Part shown: positions 35,748-47,500 of the stretch, piece by piece
Layout: every line of letters begins with the position of its first letter
How positions within the stretch are numbered: position 1 is the stretch's first letter
Source of the DNA: Akkermansiaceae bacterium
Lineage (GTDB): Bacteria; Verrucomicrobiota; Verrucomicrobiia; Verrucomicrobiales; Akkermansiaceae
Direction: 5' to 3'
Assembly (NCBI GenBank): GCA_905182405.1
Contig: CAJJBQ010000002.1
Location: forward strand, 1,534,483 to 1,598,482
DNA length: 64,000 nt
The notes under the pieces: model-generated
The model's input: only the letters and a program-made list of their open reading frames with translations
The model's database searches: none
Told to the model about the DNA's origin: nothing
Made by a program: the position numbers and the translations under genes

Positions 35748-37033
35748 ATGACTCCCCTTCCGTCTCACTGGTCCTTCTCACGGTCTATTCCACTTTTCAT
35801 CCTCACCGCACGCGCTGAACTGCTTGTCTACTACCCATTCGATAACCAGAATGGTATAACAGTCTAAAATGAGGGAATCCTCTCGGATGACGGCACGATC
35901 ATGGGTGACGGGAAATACGGGACCAGCAAGGATGGCACTCTCGGCACCGCATTTATTGGAAACCGCGCAGGGACAAACAATGCACGGGTCCATACCGGTT
36001 TTTTGGGCAGACAACTCGGCCAGGGTGACAACGGAGAATCCTACACCGCGATGGCCTGGATTCGCTGGGACGGTTCGAGGAGTGGGAGTAGCGACCACAT
36101 GGTCTTCGGCGCCAACGACCGTGAGGGCAATAACGCCATGCTCCACCATGGTATGCGGGACGACAGTGTAAACAACATCCACTTCGGCGGTTGGGGAGGA
36201 TCCCAAGATATTAGCGATGCCGGCTCAGTAGCAGCCGGCTTCAATGAGCGTAGCAACTTCGAATTCATCGAACTGATGAATATCAGCTCCGCGAGTATTG
36301 ATCTGACCAACGTTCGCTTTACTTCAGGAATCACGTTCGACTTCGATGATTCTGAAATTGGCTTTATCATCCCTCCCGGTGGCCGGTCATTCTCATAAAC
36401 AATCGGGCAGCCTCTGAAATGCGCGACATCGGAGTGCCCGCCGCGAATATCGCCGGCGCCTACTCCGGGAATTTGAGCAATGATGGGGAACAGCTGATCC
36501 TCCTGGCTAACGACAACTCAATCATCCGTAATTTCGCCCACAACGATCAGGCTCCATGGCCCGATAGCTCCGATGGAGATGGCTTCAGCCTCACTCTCAT
36601 CAGACCCACCAGTAATCCAATTCACGCCGATCCGTTCAACTGGCGCTCCAGTGTAGACACCCATGGCTCACCAACTGTCTCAGACGCGGTGAATTTCACC
36701 GATGACCCCACCTAAGACGAAGCCCTCTTCGATTACCTCCTCGGTGACTACGGTTCACTAAACGCCCGTTTCGAAACCCTCGCAGTCGATGGAGTGACTG
36801 CGGATTACCTCACCTTATCCGTGACCGTGGAGCTGGCAGCGGACGACGTTTCCTTCGTAAGTGAAATCTCCTACGATCTTGAAGCTTGGCAAAGCAACAC
36901 CACCCTTCTCAGCCCTACTAACAATGCCAACGGCTCAGAGAACCCGGTCACAGTCGACAAAGAACTCTATATGCCTGAGAATCATAACTCGATAGACGAT
37001 CAGATGAGCGTTTCGCCTGGCGACCTCGGGTGA
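35748..37033 (+). pseudogene. Decayed LamG + lamin-tail-domain exoprotein gene (two in-frame TAA stops and one frameshift)
   Basis: The gene reads MTPLPSHWSFSRSIPLFILTARAELLVYYPFDNQNGITV-TAA(35865)-NEGILSDDGTIMGDGKYG.. (LamG-type). The LTD half-domain FEFIELMNISSASIDLTNVRFTSGITFDF..IIPPGG then shifts frame near 36381-36386 to VILINNRAASEMRDIGVPAANIAGAYSGNLSNDGEQLILL. ..FTDDPT-TAA(36713)-DEALFDYLLGDYG.. follows in frame. Confidence 0.7.
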
Positions 37034-37135
37034 TCCGACTTCGAGGAAGCCGAGAATCACCATCAGGGTCAGAATAACTTCTAAAAATCAGTGATGCTAT
37101 TCTTGAGGCGGGCGGATGCAAATTTGGACCATCAG

Positions 37136-39796
37136 TTAAGGAAGCTCGCGGAGGGTGTAATAAACTTCCAGAGTTGGCCAAGCAGAAGCCTCGAAGAGAG
37201 CTTCCGTTTTTAGCTTGAGGTAATGGATGCGATCAATGGAGCGCTTCTTTGAGAAATCCTTGATCGTGATTTCAAGGAGTTGGCTGGAACGAAGGAACTT
37301 TGCGGAAGTGATTTCCTCTTTCCGTTTGTCGTGCTCGGGTGAGCCATACTTACCGGTGTTGGCGTAGAACCATGATTCCATTGAGAGGGCTTCCAAGAGG
37401 GCCTTCTCGGTAACACCCTTTTTGATTGGAGCCGTGAAGCGAATGACAAAGCCCTTCTGGGTTGGAGTCATATGATGAATGTCGGCGGGGTTGGTCTTTC
37501 CGTCGTAAATGACTCGTTGAAGGCTATCTTGCTTACCTCCGCGAGCTCCCCAGCCGCGGCCGGTTTGACCGATGAGCAATGAACCATCAGGGAGGAAACA
37601 AGGACGCATCGCTCCGGCGTGGAGGCCTCGGGCAAATGGAATGACGCAACCTTGATCGATACCGTTAAGTTGCTCGGTTTGGACACGCAGCATCGTCGAA
37701 AGCGTTTGGTCGCCAATGAACATTTGCTTTTGAAAAGGGCCGAAGTTTCCTTCGGTGAGATCCCAAGCGGGATGTCCGGGTGAGTTTGCAAGGCGCCCAT
37801 GTGGAAGCCAGACGGCACCTTTACGAATCTTCTCGTCCCAGTTCTTGAACTGGAGCTCAGGAGAATCAGGCTTCATTTTCCCGGGGAGAGTGACTAACCC
37901 AGAGAGGTGACCGTAGAATTTGCCCTCCTCCAAGGGAACCACTTTGGACGAGCCGACGTATTCACCTTGGTTTTCGGCATACCAAAGGCGTCCATCGGGA
38001 CCGACTCCGATTCCGGCAGGGGAGCGCAGTCCATTGGCGTAAGGTTCAAACCTTCCTTCAGGTGTGACGCGACATGCCCAGCCGCGGTAACCACCCATGG
38101 AACCCATGAAGGGGCCTCCAGCGCGCCATGATGTTTTTTCGTCACCTCCGTGAGAGAGGTTGAGGGCGAAGTAGTAATTCCCCTTGGCGTCACGAGCGGG
38201 CCCGTGAGCGTATTCGTGGTAGTTTCCGTGGAACCCGTAATCATCGCAAAGGGTGTCGAACTGATCAGCACGCCCATCACCGGTGGTATCAGTGAGGCGG
38301 GTGAGTTCCGGCTTCTGCATGATGACAATGCAATCACCTTTGTCGTCTTCGATTTGAACACCGAGAGCTTCATAAGTTCCTTCCGCAAAGAGACTCCACT
38401 GGTTGTTTCGGATGCGCCAGACACCCGCAGTCCGGGTAGTGACGACAATCGTGCCATTCTTGGCAACGGCGATCCCGATGGGCTCGAAGAGTTGATTGCG
38501 ACCATAGAGATCTTTTGGAGCCACCCAAGTTTCGATAGAATATCCTACGGGTAGTTCAAGTGGGCGGTTGCCAGGTTGGGATGGACGTTTCTGGACAGCC
38601 TGAGGCTCCCAGTTCTCACTCTTCGCTATAGCCGGGCGTGCGATCAAGCCGGTTGGTAACTGAGCCGTGACGAGGTAATTTGGGCCTTTGCTTGGATCGA
38701 GTGTGATTATTTTTCCGCTAAGAGAACCTCCAGTGACTTTGATTTCGGAGAGCCCCTGGTCATCAAACTGGAATTTTTGAGGAGAAGTTAGTGTCCCTGA
38801 GATCGTAATTTCAAGCTTGAGAGTGTCAGTGAAGCGAATGGCTTGGCTGAGTTGATTCTGGCCAACCCGGAATCGGAAAGAAGGAGCTGAGTCTTCTTTT
38901 GAAAGGGAATGGCCGAGGAATTCGGCATCTACCGAACCCAGGAGCTCCAGAAAATCACGGTCTTCCCAGAGCCACTTCTTAATGGAGCCGTGATCGAGAA
39001 CATCAGGTTCTTTAAAGTCAAAGCTGATCGGTTCACCTGACTGGGTCAGTGGTTGAAGGAGTCCCTTGCTGTCAGCGACCCCTTTGTTGATGAAGCCACG
39101 TGCCGAACCGGGTTTACCCCGCCCTCTCCTCTCTTGTGAAAGGTTGAGGAATCCACCGGTCCAGACATTCCTCAGAGAGAGGGTTTGTGGATCAAAGGTG
39201 TAGTTCATTCCGTTCGGAAGACCGACATGCAGAGCGCGACCGCTTGATCCGCGGAGTGGCGCCCGAAAAACCCGTGGGCGATTTGTTACTGGAATTTCGT
39301 TGGCAATTTCCAACAAGGAATTGACCTCTGCAACTTTCGCTTTCTCGACCATGACGGTGGCAGGGCCAGCTTGTGCCGAGGGCGAGAGAGTGCGAAGATA
39401 GTGCCAAAGGTTATCAAGGTCGTGGTCGGAAATAATCTCCTTGGGATACATCGGCATGGCCGGAGGAAAGGCGGCTCCTTTGGTTGGGCCGGATTCCGAA
39501 ACTGCCAGTTGATCCCATGATTGACGAACGGAACGATCGAAGTATCCCCGATCTGCTTTGATGGTGGCATGTTCGGTCTTCCCTTTTGGGACAACCGCTC
39601 GATCCCTTGCATCGTTAGGAAAAAGCCCCCAAAGTGAAGGGCCAGTCTTAATAGAATCATCGGTGGGTGAAGCCACGTGACACTCCATGCAGCCCATGGT
39701 GTCGAAAGTCTTTTTTCCTTCGGCAACAGCATCGATTTTCTCCTGAGCGAAGAGAACCGGGGAAATAAGAAAGAGAAGGGCAAATCGTTTCATCAC
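37136..39796 (-). CDS. Secreted c-type cytochrome domain protein fused to a sorbosone/glucose dehydrogenase-like beta-propeller
   Basis: It has a signal peptide (MMKRFALLFLISPVLFAQ) and one CxxCH (GCMECH) with downstream GPSLWG. The central and C-terminal region has propeller-like repeats (GIAVAKNGTIVVTT, GPDGRLWYAEN, LPDGSLLIGQTG). This architecture is common in PVC bacteria. Confidence 0.6.
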   Translation of the reverse strand: MMKRFALLFLISPVLFAQEKIDAVAEGKKTFDTMGCMECHVASPTDDSIKTGPSLWGLFPNDARDRAVVPKGKTEHATIKADRGYFDRSVRQSWDQLAVSESGPTKGAAFPPAMPMYPKEIISDHDLDNLWHYLRTLSPSAQAGPATVMVEKAKVAEVNSLLEIANEIPVTNRPRVFRAPLRGSSGRALHVGLPNGMNYTFDPQTLSLRNVWTGGFLNLSQERRGRGKPGSARGFINKGVADSKGLLQPLTQSGEPISFDFKEPDVLDHGSIKKWLWEDRDFLELLGSVDAEFLGHSLSKEDSAPSFRFRVGQNQLSQAIRFTDTLKLEITISGTLTSPQKFQFDDQGLSEIKVTGGSLSGKIITLDPSKGPNYLVTAQLPTGLIARPAIAKSENWEPQAVQKRPSQPGNRPLELPVGYSIETWVAPKDLYGRNQLFEPIGIAVAKNGTIVVTTRTAGVWRIRNNQWSLFAEGTYEALGVQIEDDKGDCIVIMQKPELTRLTDTTGDGRADQFDTLCDDYGFHGNYHEYAHGPARDAKGNYYFALNLSHGGDEKTSWRAGGPFMGSMGGYRGWACRVTPEGRFEPYANGLRSPAGIGVGPDGRLWYAENQGEYVGSSKVVPLEEGKFYGHLSGLVTLPGKMKPDSPELQFKNWDEKIRKGAVWLPHGRLANSPGHPAWDLTEGNFGPFQKQMFIGDQTLSTMLRVQTEQLNGIDQGCVIPFARGLHAGAMRPCFLPDGSLLIGQTGRGWGARGGKQDSLQRVIYDGKTNPADIHHMTPTQKGFVIRFTAPIKKGVTEKALLEALSMESWFYANTGKYGSPEHDKRKEEITSAKFLRSSQLLEITIKDFSKKRSIDRIHYLKLKTEALFEASAWPTLEVYYTLRELP

Positions 39797-40532
39797 CTAT
39801 CTCGTAATGGGCAACGGGAGGCTCGTCGAGATAAGAAGCTGGAACTTTTCACTGAAGTGTCGTTAACGGAACGGCCGGGATAAGGTCTGGCTTTCCCGCC
39901 ATTGGGGTTAACAGGCTTCACTTCGGGTATCCGTCGACGACGCCCTCATGCGATCCACCTCAAAAAATTCCTGTAGTGGCATATTGAGAAAATGCTCATC
40001 AACGAAATTTTGAATTTTGGGACCACAATGTAAGCGAATGCTCAGTTCCAGGATCTCTGGACCATGGAAATCGATAATGATTCTCAAAGAAAAATCGCGC
40101 AGGAGAGAAGTGTCAACTCAGCTCCCGGGAACGCCACCTTGAAAGATGACGATTATTGCTTTTCATGGGTTTATCCTGATACGATCGGGGTCGTCGCGAT
40201 GGATGAAAATTAACAAGATCCAATCAACCCTGGCCGTGCCCGGCTGACGGGCTTTGAGCGAGCCGTGACCTTGAAGGGGGATGCACAGCACATTCGTGGA
40301 AGAACATCGATGTGGCGAAGGATACAACGCGCAGAATAGCCGGACTCTTTTGATTGGAGTCGGAGAGATCCTAAAATTGGACCTCACTCGTGGTAAAATG
40401 GCCGTCGGGGCGTGAAGAAGTGTTTTCTTATTTGCCGGTGAATCGACTGTTCAACATAACTGAGGAGAACAGTCCAAGAGTGGAAAAATATTTCGCCGAA
40501 GAGGAAGTAGCTTAAGTCAATGTCAATGGATG

Positions 40533-41444
40533 CTATTTCAGGAGCGCCGCCATTTCCGTGAGGATTCCGGGCACTGCTTTTTCGGCATCCTGTTCCTCTT
40601 CATACTCTAGCGTAAACCACCCCTGGTAATTGACCGCCCGGAGAATTTTCAGGAGCCTTGGAAGATCGATCGGCTCCTTCTCTTTCGCGTCCTTCCTTTT
40701 GAGTGACACCTTCATCTGCACATTCACAGCATAGGGCGCGATCTTTGCCAGATCGCCATAGGGATCTGTGGTGTGGAAATTACCACTGTCTAAATTAATC
40801 CCCGCCCACGGACTATCGACCGCCTTCATGATTCTCACCAAGGCATCGGCTTCGGAAACAATCCCGCCATGGTTTTCCAAGCCGAGAAAAATCCCCTTCT
40901 CTCCCGCCAACTCCAAACACTCCTCGTAGCACTCCAGGAAATTCTTCTCCGCTTCCTTCTGACTCACCCCTTTCCGAGCGTTCCCAGCAAAGACCCGGAT
41001 ATGAGGAGCCCCCATCACCGCGGCATGACGAATCCAGTTCTTTACATAGTCAATCTCCTTCCTCCGCTCCTCCCCCTTCGCATGTGTAAAGACATTCCCA
41101 ACCGCCGTCCCGGAAACCGCCACCCCGCGCAGATAAGCGTGCCGTTTGAGTTTCAGTAAATAGGCCTCATCAAACTCCGGAGGAAAAAAGTAACTCGTCA
41201 ATTCCGCCCCGGCACATCCGTGATCCGCGCAGTAATCAATGAAGTCGATCATATCCCAATCCCCTCCTGCCCGCGCCTCTTCATTCGGCTTCCCCTTCAT
41301 CCACTTCATCTTCCTACGAAAAGAATAGGCGGCCAGCCCCAGCAAGAGCCTCGAATCACCCTGACGCCTAATCGGCTCAATCGCACCCAACGTTCCCACT
41401 CCAAGACAGGCTCCACTCATCGACAAAAATTGACGTCTCTTCAT
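40533..41444 (-). CDS. Sugar phosphate isomerase/epimerase (xylose isomerase-like TIM barrel), Tat-exported
   Basis: It has a Tat signal (MKRRQFLSMSGACLGVG). Blocks include GCAGAELT, LGLENHGG and LDSGNFH. Confidence 0.85.
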   Translation of the reverse strand: MKRRQFLSMSGACLGVGTLGAIEPIRRQGDSRLLLGLAAYSFRRKMKWMKGKPNEEARAGGDWDMIDFIDYCADHGCAGAELTSYFFPPEFDEAYLLKLKRHAYLRGVAVSGTAVGNVFTHAKGEERRKEIDYVKNWIRHAAVMGAPHIRVFAGNARKGVSQKEAEKNFLECYEECLELAGEKGIFLGLENHGGIVSEADALVRIMKAVDSPWAGINLDSGNFHTTDPYGDLAKIAPYAVNVQMKVSLKRKDAKEKEPIDLPRLLKILRAVNYQGWFTLEYEEEQDAEKAVPGILTEMAALLK

Positions 41445-41524
41445 TCTCTCATGCTGAATACATTTTCTATCCCCGCCAATCTCAATCCGTTCAACACGAA
41501 GGACTGAGTTTGAACTTTCCTCAG

Positions 41525-44500
41525 TTATCGTTGCGGGACGGAGGCTTCGAGCACGGTGGCCCCATGTTTTTGGCTCATGACGAGAATGCTTAGACGCTCA
41601 ACTTGGCCCAGGTCTGATGTGCTGACACTGGCGTAGTCGAATTTTCCTCGCAGGTCAGTGTAGCCGTCTTTGAAGAATTTCACTCCGCCTTTGGTCTTGG
41701 CGTAGACTTTCACATAGACCTTCGAGAGAGGCTTTCCGGATTTGTCATGGCGCACCGTGAGCAGGCCCATCGTTTCACTGAGGGTGGTCTTGAGATCATT
41801 GGCGTAGACGGCTTGCGATGTCGCCTTGCCTCCGCCCAGGACTTCCACGATGACATTGCTGGCATGGTAATTTTTTGGGAGTGTAAAGGAGGTAGCGTTC
41901 TTTCCCTTGGTCAGTTTTATGCTAATCGATTGGTTCGGACGAATGATAGAGAAGCGTGAGGTTCCGCTCGAGACGAAGGGGTTGGTGCTGAAGAGGAATT
42001 CAAGATCCATCTCGTAGTAGTTCACGGTCACTTCGGCGATATTGTGGTGGTCGAGGGTGGCTTTCACTCCTTCCACCTTGAGCTCGAGTGATGGTTCGCG
42101 AGCGGCAGCATCTTGTTGTTCTTGCTCGCGATTTCCCTCGTCGATTACGACCGGACCGGCTCCTTCGACTTCGGAAATCTGAGCAGTGATGTCGGCAAAC
42201 TTTTCGCGCCAATGAGCAACGGGATACTTGTCATATTTCTTGGCGATGCTTCGGGCCTTGCCGAGATCGGCCTGGTAAAAGGCGGCATAGGCCTGGAAGT
42301 AATCAAACTGCATTTGTGACGGCAGTTCTTTGGCATCGACCAATTTGAGATGAGCGAGGGCCTCTTCGATTCGATCTTGCAGGAAAAGGTAGTAAGTGGC
42401 GCTCAGGCGATCCATGGCATCGAGTGCCTTGCGCTGACTCAAGATTGTCAGGTAGTTCTGATACTGTGAGCGGATGACAGGATTGAGAATGCGGTGCTCC
42501 CCACCCAGAGCATGCGCCCGGTTGTTGATGAGCGGTTTGTATTCGAGGTGCTGGTAGTTGCGCCGGGCGATAGGATCGATGGTCACCAGATCGCATTCGA
42601 GGGCAAGTCCGCATTGATTAAGGAACGTGCCTTGCATGAAAAGATACTGGGCAATTCCGGCCTTGTTGTTTTGCGCGATGGAGTAGCTCTGGAGGGTTTG
42701 ATGATAGAGGCCCCGGGAGTTGAGAATGGTGAGAACACTTTGGTGAAAGTCCGCACTTCCCCGGACGCGCCAGGCAATCTTGCCAAGATCGACGAGGTGA
42801 AGATTCTCGCTTTTAAGGTAGTTAAGGAGGAGTGCGTCGTCACCCCACTGGCTGATCCAAGCCCATGAGGTTTCATCAACTGATGACGGTTCATCGACGA
42901 CGTTGAGAACGAGCGAGTCGGCGTGCGCGAACACCTCTCCGCTTCGCGAGAGGTGAGCAGGATACACCGGAAATTTACCGGAGGAGGGAAAGTAAAAAGC
43001 GAGTTCAACCCGATGTGTTGAGTAGGGCTCCAACTGGATGGGTTTCGTGGCAGTGATGCGCTGTCCCATCATGGGAATGGCTCCTTTTGGAAGCTGGGTC
43101 AGGACGTCGAGTCGTTGACGTGAACTGGTGGGATTGGTCACGACAACCTCTGCTCCGTAGACCAGTCCCCGAACGAATTCCCCGGTGATGAATTTGTCAA
43201 CTTTCTGTCCATCTTCCATACGGAAGCGATCGTTGAGCAGGAAGTAGTTCTGACTCATCAAAAGAGGAGGACGCTTGGCGGCCATTCCGGCTTCCTTGAT
43301 TTCGCGATGGAAAAAAAGAAGATTGCCACCAGCGGTAAAATCGAGAGCACCGTCCTTGATCTCGTCCTGATGGATGGGAGCAGTGAAGGGAAGATCGAGA
43401 AAGGCCAGAGCCAGGATCATTTCGTGGAAATTCCCGGTCGCTTCGCCGAGGTGGCGGGAGCCGAAGCCCGGCTTTGCTCCATGCTTTGCTAAATCCAGCC
43501 AGAAGCGATTTTCGTCGACGAGCTTGTAATGATGTTGAGCGATGGGGAGATGGTAGTAGTTATTTTCCGCCCATTCTTTGGTGGGTTCGATAGTGCGGTA
43601 GAGTTGTTCGCTTTTTTCTAGCAATTTTCTTTGTTGAAGAAAACCGAAGGCTTCTGCTCCATTCTTAAAGTAGACTTCCTTCGCCTTTTCCTGGAGCACA
43701 GCCAATGCTTCAGCTCCTCTCGCCATCTTGCTCGATTTCTCTTCACCGCCTGATCTTCTTGTCGCTCCCAGTCGCCGGCCATCGGAGGCAAATGAGTCAC
43801 TATCATTGAGCGCAGCATCCGTCGATTTCCCGGCCACTGCGAATCTTGAGGCGTTCTCTTTCTTTTTGCTGGCATAAGTATCTCCGAAGGCACCGCCAGA
43901 GATGGCCGCTCCGAACCATTGTTGGGCTTGTCTGGGGTCGGGGGTCTTGAAGGCGAGACGGTTTTCGAGATCGAGCGTGAGAGCGGCAAGGCGCTTGGGA
44001 TCTTTTTGGGATAGGAGGATTCGCTCGACGACATTCAGGCGGGCGTATTCAAAAGCGGTAAAGTATTTCTCCAGTGGTTTCTCGACAAGATAGTCGTCCA
44101 TGAAGGTGCGATCTTTTTTATTCACGAGATGTGGAACGATGATCTTCTTGAAGAAGGCTGGATCCTTGCGGGAAAGGAAGAAGCTCAGCTCATGGCAGGC
44201 ATATTTGGAGTAATTCTCCATTTTCTCCTCATCAGTTAAACTAGACCATCTAACGATAAAGGAAAACTCGCGCAGGGTCGCGTCATTTTTGAGAGTGAGG
44301 AAGTAGCGATGCACCGATCCAAGATGGTCGAATAATTCGAACTGTGAATTGGCTAGATCAGGGAGCTTGATGGTGTCGCCTTTCTTGAGGAGGGAGACAC
44401 GGTCCTGCTCGGTAAAATGGCGTTTTGGATCGAGTGCTTTAAGAAGGCGTAGGTCGCGAAGTTCGGTTTCGCGGTCTGGAAGCGAGACACTGCGGTAAGT

Positions 44501-47500
44501 TGAGCCCTCGGGATCGACGAGGAGAACGTGAATATGTTGACGATCTCCAAAGGCATCGAGATTGATCGAGAGCTTCCCGTTTTTATCGGGGACAAGATTG
44601 GAAACCAGAACAGGATCGTTGAGAAGAAATTCGTAGGACGGGCTCCCCATTACACCATCTTTGCGAGCGCTGGATCTTCCTTTACCATCTTTCGCCCGTC
44701 CGGACGCAGGGGCTGCAGGAGCGATAGGCTTACGATTAAACTTATCTCCGCCTACGAGTTTCTCTTCACCTGTTTTGGTATCGCGGACCGCCCAAGGGTT
44801 GAGGAGAATTTCGGGGCGAACGAGCATGTTGCCAGGAAACTTTTGAGAGTAGCGTCGCTCAAGAATGTAGCGAAGCTCATCTCCCAGATTACGTCCACTG
44901 ATATAGAGGCTGGGCAGGAAGCGAGCGGTTCCAGTGACGAGCCCTGTACGTTGGGAGCCGCCAAGGGACTGAAACGGATCGTGACCTGGAAGGAAACGGG
45001 TCGCGATGACATGAATGCGGGTCAGGGGATCTGCTCCGGAGACATCGATCTCCATCGTTTTCTTGTCTGTGGTTATTCTTGAGATGTGGGATGATTGACG
45101 AGCCGATAGTTCCAGCATCCGGGTGTCATTGAAGGCATGGCCTTGCGAAACAGTGCCATCGGCGACCATGATCTTGATAGATTGGCCACTGTCCTTCAGG
45201 AGGAGGCGGTAGTCACCCGCAGCGCAGTCCGAGGCTACGAGATTTCCATCGATTAACTTTAGCTGGGCAAACTCATCGGAAAGGTATCCGCCCGCCGACT
45301 GTGAGTAGAGAGCGACTTCACGGCGATTCAGTTGACCGACGAAGGGGATCTTTAGATCCTCTCCTTGGTAAACCGTGAGGAGTTCTATTTGATCGCGACG
45401 ATCATTTTGAAGAGTCCACGAGCGAGAGTATCCACCAGTCCCCCGAACGGTCACGTGATGAATATCATCGAGCTTTCCTAGCTCCACCGCCCCAAACTGA
45501 TTGGATTTGAGAGTGATGTTGCGTGAGTTTTTGAAGTCCTTGCGACGGAAGTTGACGTTGAGGTTTTGGGCGTCGAGAGCTTCGCCATTGCGACCGAGAA
45601 ATTCGATGCGGTAGCTGTCGTTAATTTTGCTGAGATAAAAATCGCCTATCTTGTCGCTACCGAGAGATTCATTCACTCGGAAATCCCGGGAGGCGACGAG
45701 TTCGATTTCTTTTCCCCCTAAGCTCGCGATCTTCACCTTCACGCGCAATGTCGCGGTGATTTGAGTGAGGCGGTCCGGGACACTAAACTTGTGGATGGAT
45801 TCACGATCGCTTGCCAATTTAAAATTGGGGACGCTTGTGGAGGCAGGGAGATTGTCGAGATTTTTGGAGAGAAGCTGAAGACTGGAGCTTTCGATCTTCA
45901 TCAAGGAGATCGTTTCGCCTGCCAAGGTAAGAGTGGGACGAATAAGGATCTTTGCTTTCCCGCCAGAGCGCAGGGATTCCTGGTCGAGATGCATTCCAGC
46001 CGAGAGCTTATACGTTTCTCCTGACTGGACGAAGCGGGCCATCGTGGAAAATCCAGCTGCGTCTTGCACCACAGCGGAGCGTTCGCCGGGAGAGTTGGAG
46101 AATGGAAGAAGGGTTTGTCCCTGATCATCGCAGTTGTATCTGCGTTGTCCCAACCAAACTCCCGCGCCTTTGACGGGTTGGTGCTTTTCATCGAGAACGG
46201 TTAGAAGTTCTCCCTGGGCGATGGTTTTTTTTAGGATTCCCAATGCGCCTTTTCTAATGATGGCCCGGCTGCTTTTCCCGCCACCAATGAACTCGACGAC
46301 CCAAAGTCCACGACGATTTCCAATGACGGGGATCTTAAAGTCACGTTGGACCCGGAGTTGAGAAGCTTCCTTGTATTCGTGAACTTCAACGTGGTTGGCG
46401 ACGAGGCCGTCGAGGTCAATATCGGTGCTCACCTCATTGCCGAGATTGCGGTAGTAGTTAAGCGTGTTGATCTCGAAGATCTTCACGATAAGCTTGGGGA
46501 CATTTTTAAGATGAACAAGGAGAGTGACTTCGTCATTGAGGCCGTAGACTTCTTGGCTGGTGGGGTCGAACTCGATATCGACGCGATCTTTGAGGGCTTG
46601 GAATTCTGAGGGAGAGAGAAGAGAAGCCCAATCGCCGGGTTTGCCAATGCCGTGGGTGATTTTTGATTCCGCCAATACCCGGCGCAGCCAACTATCGCGG
46701 AGAAAGGGAGCGAACTTCTTGGCGTTGGGGGCGTCCTTTAGAAGGTGAAGGAGATAATGCTTTACCAAACTTTCATCGCTTCCTGAAACGGGTGGGAGAG
46801 TGGTGACGGGACGGAAGTTCCGGCCAAGGTCGGCGGCATGACGCCAGGCGACGGCGTCGTTTTTACGCCAGTCTGGATTGAGGTAGGAGACGTTGCGGGG
46901 AAGGGCAAGGTAAGTGAGGAAGCGTTTGGGGTCGATCTTGCCGAGCGCCCGGTCGTGCACCAATCGCTGATAGAGAATGTGGGCTTTGAGAGAATTGAAT
47001 GAAGGAGCAAGCGTGGAAACGAACTTCCAAGCACGGTTTAGGTATGCTTCGCGAACGGCGGGAGAGGCCGCAAGGTTTTCGTCGGCTCCAGGGAGGAGTT
47101 TGACGAGGTAGGTTTCAACATAGGCCTCGTTATTGAGGAGGTCTTTTTTTCCATCGAGTAGTTTTACCAACTGCGCTTTGGTGAGAGCGCGATGGATGGT
47201 GAATTCACCAAAGCCCTTGCTTTCTTTGCCCTTGAGATCGGTGAGGATGAGATCGGCGAGGCCTGGGAGGTCGGGCAGGGTAGCTCGTAAGAGCAGGTCT
47301 CGGAGTTCGGCGGAGTTCAACTTAGGCTTTGATTCAAGGAAAAGGTGAAAGGCTGATTCGTCGAGGTTCTGCAGGGTGTCGATATTTCTCAGTGCGTCGT
47401 CGAGAAAGGTTTTCCATGAAATGAGCTTCTGATCGAGCGAAGAGGGATGATTCGCATCCTGAGCTTTTCCTTCCTGCTGATGATTGAATTGCAAGCCAAG

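Noticed and set aside
39908-40087. A 59-codon minus-strand ORF starting at TTG, (M)RIIIDFHGPEILELSIRLHCGPKIQNFVDEHFLNMPLQEFFEVDRMRASSTDTRSEAC, in the 730-bp gap.
   Set aside because: The composition looks protein-like, but the ORF is below the ORF-track cutoff, uses a TTG start, has no obvious RBS and matches no family I recognise. It is possibly a gene fragment.
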